From positions 1-45,376 of the forward strand of contig JANMSC010000095.1 in NCBI GenBank assembly GCA_031388885.1: DNA of 45,376 nucleotides. The letters run 5' to 3'. The stretch is from Gemmatimonadales bacterium. Its GTDB lineage: Bacteria; Gemmatimonadota; Gemmatimonadetes; Gemmatimonadales; GWC2-71-9. A program made the translations under genes and the position numbers. The notes under the pieces are model-generated. The model saw nothing but the letters and a program-made list of their open reading frames with translations, had not been told where the DNA came from and did no database searches. This document shows positions 7,478 through 14,292 of the stretch, piece by piece (the stretch's first letter is position 1; each line of letters begins with the position of its first letter).

Positions 7478-9096
7478 TGGCGATCAAGGGGTCACTCAAG
7501 GAAGCGTCGCTCGCCGACGTGGTGCAGCTGCTGTTCCTCGGCGGGCGTACCGGCTGCCTCTCGGTCGCGAGCGAGCGCAACTTCGGCTCGATCTGGTTCG
7601 ATGACGGATGGATTTCGTTCGCCGGTATGGTGTCGCGGCAGGATCGTCTGGGTGAGCGATTGGTTGCCGCGGGCACGTTGTCGGCGGCACAGCTCGACCA
7701 GGCGATCGCGACCCACGGTGCGACTGCCGGTCGGCGGTTGGGCAGCGTGCTGGTGCAGCTCGGGTTTCTTGGTATGCGCGAACTTGAACTGGAGCTGCGT
7801 CGGCAAGTCGAGGAGACGGTGTACACGCTCTTCACGTGGACGAGCGGCACGTTCTCCTTCGAGGCCGGCGTCAAGCCGGAAGACGCCGAAGCGACGTTGC
7901 GCCTGAATCCCGAGGGACTGTTGCTCGAGGGGGCACGACGCGTTGACGAATGGAGCGTCATCGCAAAAAAGATTCCGTCCCTTGACGTCGTGTACGCGCG
8001 GGAAGGCGAAGCCCGGCCGGCGGCCGATGATGCCGAACTGGTCGACATCGAAAAGCTGGTGTTGCCGCTGCTCGATGCGGTCCGCACGGTGCGTGCCGTC
8101 ATGGACGCGACCGGCCTCACGGATTTTGAGGTGTGCCGGGCACTCTACGGACTGCTGTCCGCGGGGCGGATCCGCCGGGTGGCGACCGCGGCGGCGCCGG
8201 CACCGCGGCAGGGTGCGGCACGTGTCGAAGAACATCGCAACCTTGGCATCGCGTTCTACCGCACCGGGATGCTGGCCGAAGCGGAGCGCGAGTTCCGGCG
8301 CGTGGCCGAATTGCAGCCGCAGGGCGGGGAAGGGCCGTTCCATCTCGGGTTGATCGCGCTGCGACAGGCACGGTGGAGCGATGCGCTGGAGGCGTTCATG
8401 CTTGCGGCGGACCGCGCCGGACCGCGCACTGCGGTGCTCCACAACCTGGCACTCGCGCTCGAGGCCATGGGCCGGCTCGACGAGGCAGACGCGGCGTTTG
8501 CCGACGCGCTCGAACGAGATCGCGACGATGCCCGCGTGTGGACTGGATGGGGCCTGCTGGCCCTCCGACGCAACGACGCGCCGCGTGCGCTGGAGCGATT
8601 CGCGCAGGCGCGCGATCGCTTTGATCAGCAGGTGGCGCCGGCACGCTGGTACTGGGGGTGCGGCTGGGCACAGGCCCTTTCTGAGACGTGGCCCGACGCG
8701 CTCAACACGGTCCGGGAAGGGGTTGCAGCGTATCCCGATCATCCGGTGCTCCGCACGACCCTGGGCGTGCTGCTCGAGGCGACCGGCGAAGTTGGCGAAG
8801 CCGAGGCGCACCTCCGCCACGCACTGGGCGAGGATCCAACCATTCCGCAGATCTCGAAGAACCTCGGCGACCTGCTCTACCGGGCCGGCCGGTGGGATGA
8901 GGCCGAAGAGTCCTACGAGCGCGCCGCCAAGCTGGCACCGTCGCTTGGTGACGACTTGTACTTCAAGCTCGGCAATCTCGCGTGTCGGCGGGGTGACTTC
9001 GCGGTGGCTCGGCGGCATTGGGGCGACGCGATCGCAATCAATCCAGAGCACGCGCTGGCGCGGGCCAACCTCGCGGGGTCGGGGACCGCGGCATGA
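7477..9096 (+). CDS. DUF4388/PATAN-like domain protein with long TPR array
   Basis: The ATG overlaps the upstream stop (TGATG); a GTG at 7468 is an alternative. The N-terminus is MAIKGSLKEASLADVVQLLFLGGRTGCLSV. At least 6 TPR-like repeats follow (e.g. HRNLGIAFYRTGMLAEAEREFRRVAELQP, SKNLGDLLYRAGRWDEAEESYERAAKLAP). Confidence 0.8.
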   Translation: MAIKGSLKEASLADVVQLLFLGGRTGCLSVASERNFGSIWFDDGWISFAGMVSRQDRLGERLVAAGTLSAAQLDQAIATHGATAGRRLGSVLVQLGFLGMRELELELRRQVEETVYTLFTWTSGTFSFEAGVKPEDAEATLRLNPEGLLLEGARRVDEWSVIAKKIPSLDVVYAREGEARPAADDAELVDIEKLVLPLLDAVRTVRAVMDATGLTDFEVCRALYGLLSAGRIRRVATAAAPAPRQGAARVEEHRNLGIAFYRTGMLAEAEREFRRVAELQPQGGEGPFHLGLIALRQARWSDALEAFMLAADRAGPRTAVLHNLALALEAMGRLDEADAAFADALERDRDDARVWTGWGLLALRRNDAPRALERFAQARDRFDQQVAPARWYWGCGWAQALSETWPDALNTVREGVAAYPDHPVLRTTLGVLLEATGEVGEAEAHLRHALGEDPTIPQISKNLGDLLYRAGRWDEAEESYERAAKLAPSLGDDLYFKLGNLACRRGDFAVARRHWGDAIAINPEHALARANLAGSGTAA

Positions 9097-9935
9097 CCGA
9101 CGAGACCGTGACGGGGTTGCGCGCGGACTATCAGCGCCTGGCCGACGCGATGGCTGGTGAGCCCGATCCGCGCGCGCGGGCAGCGCTCAAGGCAGAGATC
9201 GTTGCCCTGTTCCGTCGCACCGAGACGACGATCGCTGACCTCGCGTCATTCAAGGAAACGATTCGCGATCTCGTCGCACAGTACAAGTCGCTTCCCGACG
9301 CGACCAACGCCGCTCCGTCGGTCCGCCACGATCACATCGGTGCGTCCACCTTCATCGACCGTGGCTGGACGGAGCTGGCCGCCGGGAACTGGAGCGCTGC
9401 CGAGACGATGTTGCGACGTGCCAGCGAGCTCGACGCCACGAGTACCAGCGCGCAGTCGCTACTGGGGTGGGCGCTGGTGCACCAGGACCAGCTCGACGAC
9501 GCCCTCGAGCTGTGCCTCCGGGTGGTCCAGCGCGAACCGGAGCACGGCCTCGCGCACGTGGCCATCGGGGTGGTGTGTCTGCGCAAGGGGATCGTGGGCG
9601 AGGCGATCGAGCACCTGTCCCGGGTCGCCGCGAACGGCGGTGATCCACGGGCGGCGCTGTACGCGAACTACTGGCTTGGCGTGGCGTATCTGGAGCGCGA
9701 GATGTACGGCGACGCAGTGGAGTTTCTGCGTCGGGCACTGGCGCTGGGCCCGAACCTCGGCGAAGGATGGGCCGAACTCGGGCGGGGGCTCTGGTTCCTT
9801 GGACACGCAGCCGATGCCAGGGAAGCGTGGACGGTGGGTTCGCGGGTCCGTTTCTCGCCGCACGCGATGCGCTGCGCGGCAATGCTGGAGACGACGACTG
9901 CTGGAGGATCACCACCACGTCTCACGTCGCACTGA
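9093..9935 (+). CDS. TPR repeat protein
   Basis: ATGA overlap with the upstream stop. TPR-like repeats are present (RGWTELAAGNWSAAETMLRRASELD, YWLGVAYLEREMYGDAVEFLRRALALGP). The last ~35 codons do not look TPR-like and overlap the next ORF. Confidence 0.7.
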   Translation: MTDETVTGLRADYQRLADAMAGEPDPRARAALKAEIVALFRRTETTIADLASFKETIRDLVAQYKSLPDATNAAPSVRHDHIGASTFIDRGWTELAAGNWSAAETMLRRASELDATSTSAQSLLGWALVHQDQLDDALELCLRVVQREPEHGLAHVAIGVVCLRKGIVGEAIEHLSRVAANGGDPRAALYANYWLGVAYLEREMYGDAVEFLRRALALGPNLGEGWAELGRGLWFLGHAADAREAWTVGSRVRFSPHAMRCAAMLETTTAGGSPPRLTSH

Positions 9936-10855
9936 TTGCGCTGTTCCTGCTGCAGGCAACCCAGCCCCGCCCGACGCGAGACGCACTGGTCCGCCTCGAG
10001 ATTGGCAACATCACCGTCATCACGGATCGTCGTCACGTGGCGCTTGCGACCGCACTGGCGGAGGCCGCCAGTCGGTCCAGACGGTGGCTCGGGCTTGGGT
10101 TCGTCGATCCGGGTCCGCTGGTGCTTGCGGTCGCTCACGATGGGGCGATGCTGGGGCGGTGGTCGCAGGGGCGTATCCCGGGGTGGGGCGCGGGCTTCGC
10201 CTTGCCGAGCGCACGCACGATCGCCATTCGGGCCGACGGTGGTGACGCGTTCGGGACCCTGCGCCATGAGTTGGCGCACATCGCGCTGCACCAGCGCGTG
10301 AAAGGGCGCGTACCGCTCTGGTTCAGTGAGGGCTACGCGGTGCTTGCCGCCGGTGAGCATGGCCGCATGGACGCGCTACAACTCAACCTCAGCGTCGTCG
10401 CCGGGCGGGTGCCCGACCTGCGCGGACTCGACGCCGCCCTCCGTGCGGGCGCGAGCGACGCCGAGGCGGCCTACGCTCTCGCCGGGTCGGCGGTCGGCGA
10501 ACTTGCTCGGCGGAACCCTGGTCGGACGCTCGACCCGCTCCTCGCGCAGCTCGCGGCCGGTGCGTCGTTCGACGCTGCCGTACTGGCCACGACGGGGTTG
10601 ACGCCGGACCGGTTTGACGAGGTCTGGTACCGGAGCGTGCGCCGCCGGTACAACTGGGGGATCTGGTTCATCACCGGCGGCGTTTGGCTTCTGGTGGCCG
10701 TGGGGCTTGGTGTGTTGGCGATCTGGCGACGGCGGTACGACGCGCCGCGACGGGCTGCTCTCGACATCGGCTGGTCACTGCCGCCTGACGAGGAACATGA
10801 CAATATCATTACTGTTGCCGGAGCGCCGCTTGACCGTTCTGACACCGATCGCTAG
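9767..10855 (+). CDS. Peptidase MA-like zinc metallohydrolase with C-terminal TM anchor (start uncertain)
   Basis: HExxH (LRHELAHIALH) plus the downstream WFSEGYA glutamate motif. C-terminal TM segment NWGIWFITGGVWLLVAVGLGVLAIW. Candidate starts are ATG 9767, GTG 9827, or a non-canonical CTG at 9932 that overlaps the upstream TGA. Confidence 0.6.
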   Translation: MGRTRAGALVPWTRSRCQGSVDGGFAGPFLAARDALRGNAGDDDCWRITTTSHVALIALFLLQATQPRPTRDALVRLEIGNITVITDRRHVALATALAEAASRSRRWLGLGFVDPGPLVLAVAHDGAMLGRWSQGRIPGWGAGFALPSARTIAIRADGGDAFGTLRHELAHIALHQRVKGRVPLWFSEGYAVLAAGEHGRMDALQLNLSVVAGRVPDLRGLDAALRAGASDAEAAYALAGSAVGELARRNPGRTLDPLLAQLAAGASFDAAVLATTGLTPDRFDEVWYRSVRRRYNWGIWFITGGVWLLVAVGLGVLAIWRRRYDAPRRAALDIGWSLPPDEEHDNIITVAGAPLDRSDTDR

Positions 10856-10866
10856 CCTCAAGGGCT

Positions 10867-11058
10867 ATGACACAGACCGCCCCCAGGGCCGGGAACGCAG
10901 CTCCGCTGTTTACCCGTCGCAATCTCCTGCTGATCGGCGTCTCCCTGGCGACGATTGCAGCAGGCTACCTCGTGCTGACGACGGGGGCCGCGAGCGCGGC
11001 GGCCGTGCTCCTGGTGATCGGCTATTGCGTCCTCTTTCCGCTGGCCCTCGTCCTCTGA
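10867..11058 (+). CDS. Small two-TM membrane protein (DUF3098-like pattern)
   Basis: 63 codons with two hydrophobic helices (LLLIGVSLATIAAGYLVL, AAAVLLVIGYCVLFPLALVL) and G/C-rich third positions. The family assignment is from memory only. Confidence 0.45.
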   Translation: MTQTAPRAGNAAPLFTRRNLLLIGVSLATIAAGYLVLTTGAASAAAVLLVIGYCVLFPLALVL

Positions 11059-11069
11059 TCGTGCGACCT

Positions 11070-11143
11070 GGGCGAATAGCTCAGTTGGTTAGAGCGCCTG
11101 CCTTACACGCAGGATGTCGGGGGTTCGAGTCCCTCTTCGCCCA
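11070..11143 (+). tRNA. tRNA-Val (anticodon TAC)
   Basis: Cloverleaf read by eye: acceptor GGGCGAA/TTCGCCC, D-arm GCTC-AGTTGGTTA-GAGC, anticodon arm CCTGC-CTTACAC-GCAGG, T-arm GGGGG-TTCGAGT-CCCTC, discriminator A. CCA is not encoded. Confidence 0.9.
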
Positions 11144-11207
11144 CTGGCGTGCAGGAACTGCCCGCCGCCCCGTCTAGTTCAGGGACGCACCCCACGGAGG
11201 CAACAGG

Positions 11208-12926
11208 ATGTTGCAACGCATGACCCTGGCGATTCTCGCCACGATGTCTTCAGCACCGCTCGCGACGGCCCAGATTCGGCCCGGCGCGCGACTCGGCAGC
11301 ACGGTCGTCAGCCAGGCTCCGAAGCTGCTGGTGGCGAATCCGAGTGCGAACACCGCCGACTCCGCCGCTGCCGTGACGATCGGTCGCGCCATGCGTGAGC
11401 GGATGGAGCGGTCCGTTGGGAGCGCGTGGTCGGTGCTCACTCGGACCCAGATGAACGAAGCGCTGACGACGTTCGGCTATCCGATCGATGCCATCCTGCC
11501 CGCCAACGCAGCGCGACAGTTGGCGTCGTCGATGACGGCCCGCGCCGCCGTGCTCGGCACGTTGTCGAAGGGCACCGATGGCCGCTTTTCCGTCACCATG
11601 CGTGCCGCAGGCATTGCGGCCGATGCCACGGGTCACGTTGTCACGTTGACCCAGGCGCCGGGCCAGTCGCTCACGGACTTTGGGGCGAAGCTTGCCGACG
11701 CCATCACGCCTGCCACCAAGGCGATGGTCGATGCGAAGGGGTGCATGGATCAGCGCGAGACGAAAAAAGACAGGGCGGCTTCGGACGCCGCCAAGGCGAC
11801 GAAGGTCGTCCCGAGCCACGGATTGGCCGAATACTGCCTCTCCCTCCTGGCGCTTCAGCGTGGTGATACGGCGGCCCAGCTGCGCCACCTCGAGAACGCG
11901 GTCAGGGGCGATCCGCAGTCGCTAGTCGCGTGGAGTGCGATCGGCGTGATTGCGCAGGTTCGCAGCGACACGACCAGGGTGATCGACGTGTATCAGCGGA
12001 TGCTGGCAGTCGCGCCGACCAATCAGGAACTCCGCGAGGAGGCGTACAAGCTCTTCAGTCGGTACCAACGGCCGGATGCTGCCATGGAAGTCGTCAACAA
12101 GGGGCTGGAAGTTGATCCCTCGAATCCAGACCTCTTCGACCTTCGCAGCAACATTTGTCTGGGCAAGGAAGACTACCCGTGCGCCATCGCTGCACTTGAG
12201 CAGGTGTACGCGCTCGATTCGGCGAAAGCCGACACGAACTACTACGCGAAGATCCTGTTCGCGGCGTCGCAGCGCCCTGACACCGCGAAGTATCTTGAAT
12301 GGGCCCGTCGTGGCGCGACCAAGTACCCCGACAACGCCGGTATCCTCGAAGGCCTCGCGCGGGCGTATGGTGTTGCCGGCCTGGTCGACTCGTCGGTCGT
12401 GGTCACGCGACGCCTGGTGCAGATAGATCCGTCGAACACCGGAGCCGTGAACCAGATCGTGAAGACGATGACGGAATCCGGCAAGGCGCGACAGGCGCTC
12501 GAATTCGCCCCGTTGATCAAGGCGAGCAACGACCCGGATGCGCAGGACAATTTTGCCGGGTTGATCCTGGTTGCCGCGCAAGGTGTGGCGAATGCCGCCA
12601 CCAAGAACTGGCCGTTGTTGGTTGAGCTCGCCGAAGGTGCCCTCGCGAGCGGCACGACGTCGGCCGAACGCACCGTCACGGCGAACTTCATGCTCGGCTA
12701 CGGCGCGTACTTCCAGGTGGCCGCGCTCTCGCAGCGCGTGCGCGCGCAGAAGTCATGCGAACTCGCACGCGAGGAACAGGCGCTGGTGAACAAGGCCGTA
12801 CCGGCCCTCGAGATTGCGTCGACCGGTTCGACACCGCAGCTTGCGAGCACCGCGAAGCAGCTCCTCGGACCGATGCAGCAAGAGAAAACGGCAATGCCGG
12901 CGTTGATACAGAGTTTCTGTCGGTAG
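11208..12926 (+). CDS. Secreted TPR repeat protein
   Basis: Signal peptide MLQRMTLAILATMSSAPLATAQ. Multiple TPR-like repeats run through the C-terminal two thirds (e.g. AWSAIGVIAQVRSDTTRVIDVYQRMLAVAP). Confidence 0.75.
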   Translation: MLQRMTLAILATMSSAPLATAQIRPGARLGSTVVSQAPKLLVANPSANTADSAAAVTIGRAMRERMERSVGSAWSVLTRTQMNEALTTFGYPIDAILPANAARQLASSMTARAAVLGTLSKGTDGRFSVTMRAAGIAADATGHVVTLTQAPGQSLTDFGAKLADAITPATKAMVDAKGCMDQRETKKDRAASDAAKATKVVPSHGLAEYCLSLLALQRGDTAAQLRHLENAVRGDPQSLVAWSAIGVIAQVRSDTTRVIDVYQRMLAVAPTNQELREEAYKLFSRYQRPDAAMEVVNKGLEVDPSNPDLFDLRSNICLGKEDYPCAIAALEQVYALDSAKADTNYYAKILFAASQRPDTAKYLEWARRGATKYPDNAGILEGLARAYGVAGLVDSSVVVTRRLVQIDPSNTGAVNQIVKTMTESGKARQALEFAPLIKASNDPDAQDNFAGLILVAAQGVANAATKNWPLLVELAEGALASGTTSAERTVTANFMLGYGAYFQVAALSQRVRAQKSCELAREEQALVNKAVPALEIASTGSTPQLASTAKQLLGPMQQEKTAMPALIQSFCR

Positions 12927-12973
12927 CCCTTCCCAAAGCGTATCAGGCCGCCTACTTTGGGGCCTGGTTGTGA

Positions 12974-13047
12974 GGGGCTGTAGCTCAGTTGGTTAGAGTG
13001 CCGCACTGTCACTGCGGAGGTCGCGGGTTCGAGCCCCGTCAGCCCCG
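12974..13047 (+). tRNA. tRNA-Asp (anticodon GTC)
   Basis: Acceptor GGGGCTG/CAGCCCC, D-arm GCTC-AGTTGGTTA-GAGT, anticodon arm CCGCA-CTGTCAC-TGCGG, T-arm GCGGG-TTCGAGC-CCCGT, discriminator G. Confidence 0.9.
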
Positions 13048-13103
13048 TTCTCGCCACCCCGCCCGGTATGATTCTGGCGGGGTGGTTTGTTTTCCTTGGA
13101 GCC

Positions 13104-14024
13104 ATGAGTGACGTCGAGATGCATCACGTGCCCGTCCTGCTCGAGCCGATCATCGCCCGGGCCCGCGGGAGCGTGCGCGTGGTGGACGGGACGCTCGGGC
13201 ACGGCGGGCACGCGGCGGCGTTTCTCGCTGGTGGCGCCGAGGTGCTCGGCATCGATCGCGACCCTGACGCCATCCGCACGGCGCAGTCGCGAATCGCCGT
13301 TGGTGCCCGGATCCACTATTTGCAGGCGCAGTACGCATCCGACGAGGCGCTCGCCGCCATCCAGCGCTTTCACCCCGACTTTGCGCTCCTCGATCTCGGC
13401 GTGTCGTCGCGCCAGCTCGACGACGAACGTCGTGGGTTCACGTTCCGCCCCGGTGCACCGCTCGACATGCGCATGGGACCTGACGCTCAAACCGCCGCCG
13501 AGTGGCTGATGACAGCCGATGAAGCCACCATTGCGACCGTCTTCCGTGACTACGGCGACGAACCGCGTGCCCGGCGTCTGGGCGCCGAAGTCGTGCGCCG
13601 TCGCGGTAATGCCGCGTTCGCCACCAGCGATGATCTGGTCAATGCCATTCGGGCGGCCTTGGGTCCGAGGTCGGGTCCGGCAGAGTTTGCCCGGATCTTT
13701 CAGGCTGTGCGGATCGCGGTCAATGACGAACTCGTCGGCTTGCGGCGTGCGCTCCCGGCGATCCGCGAGGCGCTCGGCCCAGGCGGAACACTCGCCGTGA
13801 TCAGTTATCATTCGGGCGAGGATCGACAGGTGAAGGGCGCGTTCCGCGAGTGGAGCGCGGGGTGCGTCTGTCCGGGCGGATTGCCCCAGTGCGTGTGTGG
13901 TCACGTGCCGTTGGGTATTGCCCATCCTCGCAAGGCCGTCGTGCCGTCCGATAGCGAAATCGCTGCCAACTCCCGTGCCCGCAGCGCCAAGCTGCGCTTC
14001 TTCCGGAATCGCGATGCAGGTTAG
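13104..14024 (+). CDS. rsmH: 16S rRNA (cytosine1402-N4)-methyltransferase RsmH (MraW)
   Basis: HVPVLLEPI, DGTLGHGGHA, LLDLGVSSRQLD, SYHSGEDRQVK. The ATG at 13104 is preceded by GGAG. Confidence 0.93.
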   Translation: MSDVEMHHVPVLLEPIIARARGSVRVVDGTLGHGGHAAAFLAGGAEVLGIDRDPDAIRTAQSRIAVGARIHYLQAQYASDEALAAIQRFHPDFALLDLGVSSRQLDDERRGFTFRPGAPLDMRMGPDAQTAAEWLMTADEATIATVFRDYGDEPRARRLGAEVVRRRGNAAFATSDDLVNAIRAALGPRSGPAEFARIFQAVRIAVNDELVGLRRALPAIREALGPGGTLAVISYHSGEDRQVKGAFREWSAGCVCPGGLPQCVCGHVPLGIAHPRKAVVPSDSEIAANSRARSAKLRFFRNRDAG

Positions 14025-14292
14025 GGGACGCCATCTGGTGGTCGCGTGGATGACGGTATTTCTCGTCGTCGCCGCCATCGTCGTGATCCGGACGGACCGC
14101 GGCTTCGACGCGACCAACCGCGTGCGCGCACTGCAACGGGTTGCCGATTCGCTGATCGCCGAACGTGCCAACGTCATGCATGCGCTCGGCCCGCTGACCG
14201 GTGATCACCTGCGCGCGCGCGCGACCGCACTGGGCTTGCGCGTGGTCAGCGACAGCGACTTGATCGTGCTCACCCTTCCACCGCAGCGTTGA
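14014..14292 (+). CDS. ftsL: Cell division protein FtsL-like (small bitopic membrane protein)
   Basis: The position between rsmH and ftsI is the expected one. A single TM (LVVAWMTVFLVVAAIVVI) is followed by a short coiled segment. The gene overlaps the rsmH stop by 11 nt and its stop directly abuts the ftsI ATG. Confidence 0.65.
   Translation: MQVRGRHLVVAWMTVFLVVAAIVVIRTDRGFDATNRVRALQRVADSLIAERANVMHALGPLTGDHLRARATALGLRVVSDSDLIVLTLPPQR

Noticed and set aside
5400-7500. Looked for DnaA boxes (TTATCCACA-like) or an AT-rich unwinding element near the DnaA-like gene that might indicate a replication origin.
   Set aside because: I saw no DnaA-box-like 9-mers or AT-rich tracts by eye. The region is uniformly GC-rich coding sequence, and the protein lacks the DNA-binding domain anyway.
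11070-13047. tRNA genes as possible integration sites of a genomic island or prophage.
   Set aside because: There is no integrase, no direct repeat of the tRNA 3' end and no compositional shift. The intervening gene is an ordinary secreted TPR protein.
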